The notes below the pieces were generated by a model. The model searched no databases, was not told where the DNA came from, and worked only from the letters and a program-made list of their open reading frames with translations. 64,000 nucleotides of DNA from Heterodontus francisci (Eukaryota): contig NC_090384.1 in NCBI RefSeq assembly GCF_036365525.1, forward strand, positions 71,323,715-71,387,714. Reading direction: 5' to 3'. The translations under genes were made by a program, and so were the position numbers. Each line of letters opens with the position of its first letter. The stretch's first letter is position 1. This document shows, piece after piece, positions 38,890 through 51,365 of the stretch.

Positions 38890-39530
38890 TTCTTTGTTGA
38901 AGGCAAGTTGTGTTTAACGAACTTAATCACATTTGTGAAGAGATAACTGTATTGGTAAAGGAAATGTAGTATATGCGAGTTCAATAAGGTGTCTAAAAAC
39001 GTTTGTCACAAAAATTCAGGTGTATGGTATAAGAAAATGTAACAATGAATATTAAGTTGGCTGACAGACAGGAAAGAAAGGGTTAGCATTAGTAGTTGCT
39101 GAGATTGAAGAAGGGCTGGAAGTGGTATACCTCAGTGGTCAAGGCTGGGTTCTCTTTATATTATCTGTACCTGAGCATGTGGAGCATGATATTGAAATTT
39201 GCTGATGACACAAAAGTAGGGACTTTGACAAACAACACGGAAAATTTAAAGAATTTCAGAAGACAGAGACATGGCAGGTGCAATTTGATATGGAGAAGTG
39301 TGAGGTAATTTATTTTGAAAGAAAAATTAGGAATTAAAGTATAAACACTAGAAAGATGCTGAAGTGAGCAAAAGAGCAGAGAGACAATGGGGTGCTAGTT
39401 TAAGTAGATAAAGCCACAAAGGCATTTTGGGTCATGGAATACAAAAACAAAGAACTGATGACAAATGTCTACAAGGCAATGTGTAGCACTGGGCATCCTA
39501 TTAGAGAAAAAAGTCAAAGCCATAAAATAT
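38890..39530 (+). mobile_element. Old CR1 RT fragment, resumes at ~41879-41945 after a nested LTR
   Basis: LKFADDTK; continuation ..CTCACTGGATAATACCAGGGATG matches the RRFTRMIPGM region. Confidence 0.6.
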
Positions 39531-41878
39531 TGTCATGCGTACAAGAAGTGCAACGATGAAAAAATACAGACTAAAACTGAAGCGTTATAAAAATTGACTT
39601 TACCTTTATATAAAAAAGGACAGTGCTGCTAAAAATGGCTGCTGCAGGTAAATGGCCTGGCCTTTGTATATTCAATCTGTCTGACAGGGACAAAGGAATA
39701 CCTTTTGAGCTGGGAGGGGTCAATTTCACCCATCCTGAAATATTCCTGAATTGAATGGATTCTTCTGAAACAAAGAAGGTATAAAATGGAAACATCATAA
39801 TCAGATTATTCTCATCCTGATCTCATCAAGAGACACTTTTGAATTGAATGGGTTCTTCTGAAGCACAGAAGATGTGAAATAGCCACATCCTAGGCCATTG
39901 TTGGTCACCACAGGGAGGGAGATCCACATCTGCCAACAAAGTGTGAAACCATTTTTGAGCTTAAAGGTAGCTCCCTGAGGAGAGACAGAGAGCAAGACAC
40001 CCAGAAAGTAGCATCATTAAGAAGTTTGTTTCCAGAAGGCCAGTGAGTCTAACATCAGTGGTAGGGAAACCATTGGAAAAGATTCTGAGGGACAGGATTA
40101 ATCTCCACTTGGAGAGGCCCAGGGATTAATCAGGGATAGTCAGCATGGCTTTGTCAGGGGGAGATTGTGTCTAACTTGAATTTTTCAAGGAGGTGACTAA
40201 ATGTGTTGATAAGGGTAAGACAGTTGATGTAGTCTACGTGGCTTTCAATAAGGTCCCACATGGGAGATTGGTGAAGAAGGTAAGAGCCCATGGGATCCAG
40301 GGCAATTTGGTAAATTGGATTCAAAATTGGCTTAGTGGTAGGAGGCAGAGGTGATGGTTGAGGGTTGTTTTTGCAAGTGGAAGTCTGTGACCAGTGGTGT
40401 ACCACAGGGATCTGTGTTGGGACCCTTTCTGTTTGTAGTGTACATTAATGATTTAGACGTGAATATAGGAGGTATGATCAGTAAGTTCGCAGATGACACG
40501 AAAATTGGTGGTGTCGTAAATAGAGGAGGAAAGCCTTAGATTACAGGAAGATATAGATGGGCTGGTAAGATGGGCGGAGCAGTGGCAAATGGAATTTAAA
40601 CCTGAGAGGTGTGAGGTGATGCATTTTGAGAGAACTGACAAGGCAAGGGAATATACAATGGATGGCAGGACTCTAGGAAGTACAGAGAGTCAGAGGGACC
40701 TGGGTGTACTTGTCCATAGATCACTGAAGGCAGCAGCACAGGTAGATAAGGTGGTTAGGCAGGCATATGGGATACTTGCCTTTATTAGCCGAGGCACAGA
40801 ATATAAGAGCAGGGAGGTTATGATGGAGCTGTATAAAATGCTAGTTAGGCCACAGCTGGAGTACTGTGTACAGTTCTGGTCACTGCACTATAGGAAGGAT
40901 GTGATGGCACTGGAGAGGGTGCAGAGGAGATTCACCAGGATGTTGCCTGGGCTGGAGCATTTCAGCTGTGAAGAGAGACTGGATAGGCTAGGGTTGTTTT
41001 CCTTAGAGCAGAGAAGGCTGAGGGGGACCTGATTGAGGTATACAAAATTATGAGGGGCATTGATAGGATAGATAGGAAGAAACTTTTTCCCTTAGTGGAG
41101 GTGTCAATAACCGGGGGCACAGATTTAGGGTAAGGGGCAGGAGGTTTAGAGGGGATTTGAGGAAAAGTTTTTTCACCCAGAAGATGGTTGGAATCTGGAA
41201 CACACTACCTGAAGAAGTGGTAGAGGCAGGAACCCTCACAACATTTAAGATGTGTTTCGATGTGCACTTGAAACCCCATAGCATACAAGGCAATGGGCCA
41301 AGTGCTGGAAAATGGGATGAGAAAAGATAGGCGCTTGATGGCCTGCACAGACACGATGGGCCTGTTTCTGTGCTGTATAACGCTGTGACTCTAAGGGGCT
41401 GGGAGAAATTCAGGAAGCCAGAAGGGAAGTGCCCTGGTGTAGAATTCTACATCTTTACTGATGCAGCAGTGAATTAGAAGTGGTCCACTGTCTTCAACCG
41501 AGAGAGAAAACTGCAAACACCTTGGGCCTGCAACCAATGACTTCAGAGAGAATTCACCAGGTTTATTGTGACTCCCGAAACCTATCACACTTAAAACCAC
41601 TTACCCCTTTTCTTGTCTGTCTGTCGTGTGTGTGTGTGTGTGCACACATGCGCCTGAATGCGTTGAGTGGATGCAGTTGCTGCAATTTTGGGATAAGGCA
41701 TATTGCTCAATAAATAATTAATCTTCTGTTTTAAACCTACAAGAAAACCTGTTGCTGTCTATTTATTTGACAAATAAAATACAAGGGGTTAAACCCTGAT
41801 AACAAAAAACACTTGCTGCAATCAGGTGGGAGTTGAACAGTCGGAACCACCCACACCTGTCACCATGTGGTTGTAACA
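39531..41878 (+). mobile_element. Probable solo LTR interrupted by a younger CR1
   Basis: TGTCATG...GTAACA termini like 58936-59761; imperfect 4-bp TSD atat/aaat; AATAAA ~41709. Confidence 0.6.
40038..41393 (+). mobile_element. CR1 3' fragment nested in the LTR
   Basis: [27 protein letters not shown]; tail GGGCCTGTTTCTGTGCTGTAT. Confidence 0.88.
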
Positions 41879-41959
41879 AAATGCACAACATCGGCTCACT
41901 GGATAATACCAGGGATGCAAAACTCGAAATATGAGATTTGAGGTACTGTTACTATTAAA

Positions 41960-44900
41960 CCATAGAACAATTACGGCACAGAAGGAGGTCATTCAGCCCA
42001 TTTTGTCTGCGCCAACTGAAAAAACTAGCCACCCAGTCTAATCCCACCTTCCAGCACCTGGTCTGTAGCCTTGCAGGTTACAGCACTTCAGGTGCATGTC
42101 CAGGTACCTTTTGAAAGAGTTGAGCGTTTCTGCCTCCACCACCGATCCGAGCACTGAATTACAGACACCCACTACCCTCTGGGTGAAAAAGTTTTTCCTC
42201 ATGTCCCCTGTAATCCTTCTACCGATCACCCTAAATCTGTGCCCCCTAATAATTGACCTCTCTGCTAGGTCCTTCCTGTCTACTCTATCTAGGCCCCTCA
42301 TAATTTTGTACACCTCAATTAAGTCACCCCTCAGCCTCCTCTATTCTAAGGAAAACAACCTTAGCCGATCCAATCTTTCCTCATAGCTGCAACTTTCAAG
42401 CCCTGGCAACATTCTTGTAAATCTCCTCTGTACTCTCTCCAGAACAATTATGTCCTTCCTGTAATGTGACCAGAACTGTACGCCTTCACTTGTGGCCTAA
42501 CCAGTATTTTATACAGTTCCAGCATTACATCCCTGCTTTTGTATTCTATTCCTTGGCCAATAAAGGGAAGCATCCCATATGCCTTCTTCACTACTCTATC
42601 CACCTGTCTGGCACCCTCAGGGACCTGTGGACATGCACTCCAGGGTCTCTCACTTCTTCTGCTCCTCTCAATATCCTCCCATTTATTGTGCTTTCTCTTG
42701 CTTTGTTTGCCCTCCCCATATGCATTACTTCACACTTCTCTGGATTGAATTCCATTTGCCACTTTTCTGTTCACTCAACCAAACCATTGATATCATTCTG
42801 GAGAATACAGCTAACCTCTTCACTATAAAGTATGTGGCCAATTTTTGTGTCATCTGCAAATTTCCCAATCATGCCTCCCACATTTAAGTCCAAATCATTA
42901 ATATATACCACAAACAGCAAGGGACCCAACACTGAGTCCTGTGGAACGCCACTGGAAACCACTTTCCATTCGCAAAAACATCCGTCGACCACTACCCTTT
43001 GTTTCCTGTCATTGAGCCAATTTTAGATCCAACTTGCCATATTCTCCTGTATCCAATGGGTTTTCCTATGGACTTTCATTTTTCTGACCAGTCTGCCATG
43101 TGGGATCTTGTCAGATGCCTTACTAAAATCCATGTAGACCACAACCACTGCACTACCCTCATCAATCCTCCTTGTTACTTCCTCAGAAAATTCAATCAAG
43201 TTAGGAAGACACGAGCTTCCCTTAACAAATCCATGCTGACTATCTTTGATTAATCCATGCCTTTCTAAGTGACAGTTTATCCTGTCTCTCAGAATTGATT
43301 CTAATAATTTACCCACCACGAGGTCAGACTGACTGGCCTATAATTATTTGGCCTATCCCTCGGACTCTTTTTAAAGAATGGTACAATGTTCGCAGAATAC
43401 CAGTCCTCTGGTACCTCACCTGAATCTGGTGAGGATTTGAAGATGATCCTCAGTGCATCTACTATTTCCTCCCTGGCTTCCTTTAACAACCTGGGATACA
43501 ATCTATCCGCCCTTGGTGATTTATCCACTTTGCATGATGTCAGACCTTCTAGTACTTCCCCTCTCATTATGCTTATCATATCTAATATTTCACACTCCTT
43601 TTACTACAATGTCTGCATCATCCCGCTCCTTTTTGAAGACAGAGGAAAAAAAAACTAATTAAGAACCCAGCCCAAATCTTCTGCATCCACGCATATGTTC
43701 CCTTGTACATCTCTGATCGGCCCCACCCTTTCCTTAGTTATCCTCTTGCTCTTAATGTACTGATAAAACATCTTTGGGTTTTCCTTGATGTCCTGATAAA
43801 ACATCTTTGGGTTTTCCTTGATTTTACCTGCCAGTAATTTTTCATGTCCCCTCTTTGCTTTCCTAATTTCCTTTTTTATTTCACCCCTGCACTTTCTGTA
43901 CTCCTCTAGGCTTTCTAAAGTATTACGTTATTTGTGACTTCTTTTTCTGCTTTATCTTGCCCAGTATGCTTCAAGACAACCAGGGGGCTCTAGATTTGGC
44001 CATACCACCCTTTATCTTTGTGGGGACATGTACACTGTGCTTGTAGAATCTTGCTTTTGAATGCCTCCCACTGGTTTCCCATTGATTTTCCTTCAAGCAG
44101 CTATATCTAGTTCACTTTCGCCAGATCACCTCTTAACTTCATAAAATTTGCCTTCCCCCAATTTATAACTTTTACTCCTGTTTTATCTTTGTCCTTTTCC
44201 ATGATTATGCTAAAACTAACTGTATTATGGGTCACTATCTCCAAAATGGTCACCCACTGCTACTTCATCCACTTGCCCAGCTTCATTACCGAATACTAAA
44301 TCTAGAATTGTGCCCTCTCTCATTGGGCTTGTTATGTGCTAGCTAAAAAAGTTCTCTTGAATGCAGTTCAAGAATTTTGTGCCCTCTTTACCCTTCACAC
44401 TGTTCGTATCCCAGTTGATATTAGGGTAGTTGAAATCCCCAACTATTGTTACCCTATAATTTTTGCACTCAGAAATATGCCTACATATTTGTTCTTATAT
44501 CTCCCTCTCACCATTTGGGGGTCTATTGTACACTTCTTGTAGTGTGACTGCTTTTTTTAAATTTCTGAACTCAACCCAAATGGCCTCATTTGATGATTCC
44601 TTTAGCATATTGTCCCTCCTCACAGCTGTTATCGATTCCTTAACTACACCTTTTTTATCCCCCTCTCTATCCTGCCTGAAAACTCCATATCCAGGGATGT
44701 TGAGCTGCCATTCTTGCCCCTCTTTAAGCCATGTTACCGTTATAAGAATGATATTGTGTTGCCATGTGTCTATCTGTGCCCTCAGCTCATCGGATTTATT
44801 TGCTATACTCCTTGCATTTAAATAAATACCTTTTAACACTACCGAATTCCTGTACTGCACACTTTTTAACCTTTTTCTGTCTTTTAGAGTCACTCGCTAA

Positions 44901-46470
44901 TTTTCTACGTCCCGTTCCCTGCCCTGAAATTGTCCTGTCTGAAACTGCCCTCAGGTTCCCATCCCCCTGCCAAACTAGTTTAAACCATCCCCAAAAGCAT
45001 TAGCAAACCTTCCTGTAAGAATATTCATCTCAGTCCTGTTCTGGTGTATGTCTGTCCAGGTCCCACCTTCCCCAGAGCTGGTCCTAATGTCCCAGAAATC
45101 TGAAGCCCTCTCTCCTGCACCATCTTTCCAGCCACACATTCATCTGGTGTATTCTCCTATTCCTATACTCACTAGCATGTGGCCTTGGGAATAATCCAGA
45201 GATTACTGCCTTTGAGGTCCTTGCTAATCTCTTTCCTAACTCCCAAAACTCAGCCTGCAGGACCTCATTCCTCTTTCATTCTATATCGTTGGTACCAATG
45301 TGGACCATGACCTCTGGCTGGGCACCCTCGCCCTCCAGGATCCATTACTCTTGCACCAGGGAGGCAACATACCATCCTGGAATCACATCTGCGACCCCAG
45401 AAACGCTTGTCTGTTCCCTTAACTATAGAATCCCCTGCCACTATTGCTCTCCTGACTTTTCTTCCTCCCAGCACAGCTGAGCCACCCATGGTGCTCAGGT
45501 CATGACTCTCACTGCACTTTCCAGAGGAACCCTCTCTCCCATCAGTACTCCGAACTGAATACCAGTTAGAAAGTGGGATGTTCTCTGGGGACTCCTGCAC
45601 TACCTGCCTTGACCACCTTGTCTGTCTGGGAACCACCCAGTCTCTCTCTGCCTGTGCTCTCTTAAGCTCCGGGGTGACTATCTCCTGAAACGTGCTATCC
45701 ACGTAGTTCTCTGCCTCGTGGATGCGCCACAGTGAATCCAGCCGCTGCTCGAGTTTTGAAACCCGGAGCTCAAGCTTCTGCAGCCGGTGACACTTCCTGC
45801 AGATGTGTTTGTCAAGGATACATGCTGTGTCCACAACTTACCACATACCACAGGAGGCACATTCCACTTGGCCGAGCTGCCCTGCATACCTTAGCTTTGC
45901 AAACTAATTATTGCTAGTGTAGTAAGTAGAATAACTTGCCAGAGACTCGCCAAAGAGCTTCTTCCCCTATACCGTGGAGGCGGAAAAGGCAGAAAAGAAA
46001 AGAATAAGACCAAAGAGCACCACTTTCCCTTTGTCAGTGAAGTCCCTCACACACCAATTCACAGTCTCACAATCTGTCCAAACAGCACTTTCTAATTAGT
46101 AATTACTAATAAATTACACCAACTAAAACCTTAGTAGTACTAACCTTACCACTTCTAAGGTTGCTATTTGAAGGTTTTAAAAAAATAACTTTGATTTTTC
46201 AACTATTTACAGGCACCAACTAACAGTTGTTACTCACCAACCAGTCAACTTACGGATTTCCTGTGATGTCACTGTTAGGTTTTCTTACACTTTTCAAAAC
46301 CAGCGCACGCCGACTTCCAGCCGCTGACACAGGTCTGCTGACTGCTTGTCCGGTCTCCCAAGTGAGTAAAGGCCTCGAGCCCTGTTCTTTATTTACAGCT
46401 CCTGCTCAGGTTCCGCCTCCTCCCAGGTCCGCCGATTGCCTCTCCTGTCTCCCAGGTGAGAGAAGGCCAA
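41960..46470 (-). mobile_element. Near full-length decayed CR1 LINE
   Basis: ORF1 ~45890-44980 (ICRKCHRLQ, GDSIVK); APE (LNARSIANK); RT (YMDFSKA, FADDTK); 3' tail ~41960. Confidence 0.88.
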
Positions 46471-47967
46471 GCTGAGATTTGAGTTTTTAAAAAAAAATCT
46501 TTGGAAGATTTTGATAGGATGTATGAGGAAATTGTCACTGAGAATAAGGAGAGAGACTAGGAAAAAGTACTTTACCCAGAGGGAATGAACATTTCAAGTA
46601 GGGAAGATACAAGACCATGGGAGGAGAGTGGGTCGGATAGTTTGAGATTCATCGGGCCTGAATTTGCTGAGAAAAATAACAGTGTGCAAACAGCGCACGG
46701 TGTTATTAATGTGCAAATCTGCCGGCAACTTGTGGCAAGGAAGAGATGACCCATGAATTGTGAATCGCCACAAGTTGTTGGACGATGTGCACTGCTCCAC
46801 CATTGGCTTTGTGAGAATGATACCTCACTCTTAACCTCCCCGTGTGTTTCATGAGTAGCTGCATTTGCACATTAATTGCCTGTTAAACTTGCCACAGATA
46901 GTAAGGTCTCATAATTAATTGTAGAAGTACCCTTTAACAACATGATAATGGTTAATGACTGCCAATCAACCACTGGACCAGAAAGTGAACAGTTGAAAGC
47001 GTGGAGTTTCATTCCTTCAGATCGTGAATTATTATTGGAGAGTTGAAAAATGTTACATTTAAAATTTTCTTTTCCTTTTGTGTTTCTTTCTCTCTCTCAT
47101 AATCTAATCCTCCTTTCTTTTACTATACCATGTAATACTTAGAAGTGCCGCATTGTTGAAGGTGATGCTTGGTTGAGATGTTTTACCAAGGACCCATTTG
47201 CCAGTGAACCTAAAAGATCACATGCCACTATTTGATGAAGAGCAGAGTTCTCCCGGTGTCCTGCCTAATATTTGTCCCTCAACCAACATCATTAGAGCAG
47301 ATTATCTGTTGCTGTTTGTGGAACCTAGCTGTGCACAATTTGGTTGCCACCTTTTCATAAATTACGATAGTAACTGCTAATTCAAGAGTACTTAATTGGC
47401 TGTGATGCACTTCGGAATATCCTGAGGTTGTGAGAGGTACTATATAAATGCAAGTTCTTTTAAATACACACACACTAGCGCTCATGTTGTTCTATGCCAT
47501 GTAATGGAGACCACATGGCCCATTAAATATGACAATCAAGAAGCACCAAGTATACTGTCAGAAAAGGGACCCTCAAATCTCATGTTCACAAGGTGACTGG
47601 TGGCATAGGTAATAGGATGCACACATCTGTTTTCCCCTCTTTCTGACATATCTCCCTTTTATATTTGATGATGTGACAACTCTACAGAATTGTAAAAGAG
47701 AGAAGGAATAAAAAAAGTGGATACCAACCATGTGAGCTTGGGAGTGACCGTCTACCTGCCCTATCCCAGTGTCTCTTTGCCACCAACCCCAGAATCTCCA
47801 TGGCTTTCTCCTCATAAAGACTCAAGGGTCACACAGCTTTGGTGATTTTTTCCCCTTCCCCATCTGCATTTTCTGCCTTTAGTTGTATTTTATCTCTGAA
47901 TGAAGGTGAATATGTCCACTTATGAGAGCCTGGCCCTGTGTTTAAGGGTTGCAGATAAAGGCAAGGA

Positions 47968-47986
47968 GCATGGTGGGACGTGTAGT
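47968..47986. promoter_or_regulatory. Second full ZNF143 (SBS) motif
   Basis: GCATGGTGGGACGTGTAGT = rc ACTACACGTCCCACCATGC, with a few CpGs nearby. Confidence 0.55.
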
Positions 47987-49686
47987 CGGCTGCAGGGCCT
48001 TGATGCGGAAAGAGTATTAACACTTTCTTAACTTAGTTTTCATGATCTATGACTCCTGATGTTGGGAACTAAGGGGAGTTAAGTGTCAGCTAAAGTCCTG
48101 TTTGCTTGCTCAGGTGGACTAAAGATCACATGGCTTTTTTTTTTAAGAAAAGCAGCAAGTTCTCCTAGTGTCCAGCATTCGTTCCTTAACTGATAGCACC
48201 AAAATAGATTAACTCGACATGCATCTCAATTGTTGTTCTGGATTCTATAATTGTTGGCTGTGGCACAACTTGGAACATCATGAGAATGTGAAAGGCATGA
48301 TATAATTGCAAGTTCTTCATTCTTTTTATAGGAAAATTGCTCTGGTACTTGCACAAAAATAAACAGCACAACGAGATACCACCAAACAGCATAAATTAGT
48401 TCAATTTGCATTCTTGCAGAATTATTTGCACAACACAAGAAAAGTTGTCTGATCACTTACTTGATAACACTTGTGTGCTCCAGGATATCATTTGCCAATC
48501 CAGGGTGTCAGTTGTCAAATATATAAATTATGTAATTGATTAAAGGTATTAAAACTGCTTTTTAAGCTAAGTTAAAAAAAATTCTGCAGCAGTTTGTGTG
48601 TATTCTAACTCAGTTGTCAGTGGTAGAAGTCAAAACAATAGATAACAAGAATGTTTCCTGGTACAAAACCACTGAGTTTTGCATAAACCATTCAGACTGC
48701 CTTGTGTAAACATTTTGTGCTGGTTCATTAGAGATTCCCCAGAGAACAGATTTGCAGAAGTTGGGGTTTTGCTCTGTTACAAATTTTAACTGTTATGTTT
48801 TAAAATGCTAGACAGCATGTTTTGTGATGCATCATCCTGGTTTCATTGTTAAAAAGCATTTTAAATTTCAGAAATGTGTCAGTTATAGTATTGTACTTTC
48901 CATTCATATTCACATTTGTGTTTTGCTTTGGAAGTTTTTCAGTTAAAATGCTAGAAATTTGTTTTTTTGAGCAATTTGATTTTATCAATGATAAAACACA
49001 ATTACATCAGTAGACAACAAACAATGGCAAATCTTTTGTTCTCAATAACAATCCTATAGGAATCAATTTCAACAAGGTCAGTGTTTCTGTCCTTGGGATT
49101 CAACTTAGCTTTATTAGCTACATTGATGCAACAGTTTTTACTGTGGTATTTTTTAAAAAGTCATAGATCTCCTTGCTTTGCATAAAATTGCAAACCAAAG
49201 AAAATGGCCAAGAAATTTGATAGCATCGTGCCTGTATTTCAGACGCAAGTGAGGTGCCTCAGCATCCAATATGGCTTATAGGGAGTGGCACTCATTATGT
49301 GTTGACATAGTGGGTTAGTTAGACAGCCCTGTCCTGGGTACCTGCCAGAACTACTTAAGAAAATGAATAAAATATTCAAAATAGGGTCCTACACTTGTTG
49401 TTTTAGCACCAGTTTTGTTAGGTGTTTAAAAAATCTGCTTGTCATGGTATGCAGTGTTTAGGATATGGGGTATGGGGAAGTGAGGGTTGCAATAGTGGTG
49501 TGTATGTGTGAATATGAGGAGAAGGAAGTGGAGTGAAATTTGTGCAGTGAATGTAGAAGAGTGAAGGGAATCTGGGTTGGGGAGTATTGTGAGTAGTGAG
49601 GCTGGAGGTGTGAGCAGAGAATTAGATAGCAGTATTCTTACCTTGACAAGCCTGCTAATGTCATTGAATTTTTCCAGCATTACAGT

Positions 49687-51365
49687 TAGGGCTCTATCAA
49701 ATTCACAGTCAAATTTTACAAATTTCACGGTCACGGCATTTTAAGAAATGTGAATTTCATGATTTCGCATGTTTAAATCGTATCTTTCACAATGTTGCAA
49801 AAAGTCATGAAAAGTATCTATTTAAAACAAAAAAAGACAAAGCAGATTTCTGGTTTCAAATGGTATTTATTGTATATACAAAAGCTATTGTAAAAAGCTG
49901 ACTATAAACAGGTCACATTCTTGACTCACTGAAGTCAGTAGTTGAATGTGAGTACGGAGCAACTTGAAACTGTCTCATTCTTCATTCACTGTCTCTGCAC
50001 TGTGAACACCTGTCTGTATTTATACACAGCTCTCTCTTTGTCCACAGAGTTTGTTGGAACGTTCCTCACCATGGGTAGCAAAAACCTTCAGTAGGTAGTC
50101 CTGTTGTAGTTTATTTACACTTGGCAAGCAACCAGCATTTTGCACAATATGTTGAATGAATACAGAGAGCTTTGGGTGATTAAGTTTTTCCAATTGTATG
50201 TTGACACTTGCAAAAGCATCCAGAAGTTCCATTGTAACCAACTGATGATTTTCTGAGCTTTCTGTTAACCTCCCAAAAAGAGTTAAAATTGTTGCACTTT
50301 TTTTTAATGTTTGTTTTCCATTAGCGTAATGTCGGATGCTCTCTTTTTGCTGCAACGACTTTCGTACTGTTAAGTGGCGCTGAGCCATTGCCCACCATGT
50401 GTGATCCAACAAAATTTTATTAAATGCCTTTTGGGAGTCCATGTATACGACATCAACAGCATTACTCTCATCAACCCTCTCAGTTATCTCATCTTGATTA
50501 TGAATTGTATAGAATTCATAGAATGATTGTAAATATAATTTGGGGCTTCTGATGGCAACATTCTTGACTTGTTTTCCACAGAAATAGTCACAATGTTTTA
50601 TTAGACAAATTTGCTAATACTTAACCATTCAATAATTGGGCGGCACAGTGGTTAGCACCACAGCCTCACAGCTCCAGTGACCTGGGTTCGGTTCTGGGTG
50701 CTGCCTGTGCGGAGTTTGCAAGTTCTCCCTGTGACCGCGTGGGTTTCCGCCGGGTGCTCCGGTTTCCTCCCACAGCCAAAGACTTGCAGGTTGATAGGTA
50801 AACTGGCCATTGTAAGTTGCCCCTAGTGTAGGTAGGTGGTAGGAGAATGGTGGGTTTGTGGTAAGGAATATGGGATTAATGTAGGATTAGTATAAATGGG
50901 TGGTTGTTGGTTGGCACAGACGCGGTGGGCCAAAGGGCCTGTTTCAGTGCTGTATCTCTATGAAAACATTGCTGCTTCAACAAAACAGTATTCCACCATC
51001 GGCAAGTAGAATTTGGCATCCAAATTTTTTCACTCGATGTGCCGCAGTAATGGTTGTGGCTGTTTTTGGTTTGCTCATTCTGGCATCCTCACTTATCTGA
51101 TAACACTTGTGACGGCTAATCTCAAAACTTCACTGGAAGCCCTCCCTTATCTACCAATCAGTGAGTTGAGACTACTGTCAGTCAGTAAAACATGCAAATT
51201 TCACAACATGCCCAGCAATCAGCGAGTTCAGCCTTGTGTCAATTGCTAAAACACACGAAGGTTGCAAAATGACCAACTTCATGGAGGACCTGAGATTTCA
51301 CGGAGGACCCAAGACTTCATGGTCTGTGATGTATTTTTCATGGCCATGAATTTGGTAGGGTGCGA
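49687..51365 (-). mobile_element. hAT element encoding a decayed CGGBP1-like protein
   Basis: 19-bp imperfect TIRs (TAGGGCTCTATCAAATTCA / TGAATTTGGTAGGGTGCGA); 8-bp TSD attacagt/attatagt; ORF from ATG 51078 (TAAHRVKKFG..ADGGILFC*SSNV..LDH) and ELLDAFASVNIQLEKLNHP..VQNAGCLPSVNKLQQDYL. Confidence 0.8.
50414..50960 (+). repeat. Near-identical copy of 33737-34290 (CR1 piece + unique flank + HE1 SINE)
   Basis: Direct sequence match over ~550 bp including ~150 bp of non-repeat flank. Confidence 0.92.
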
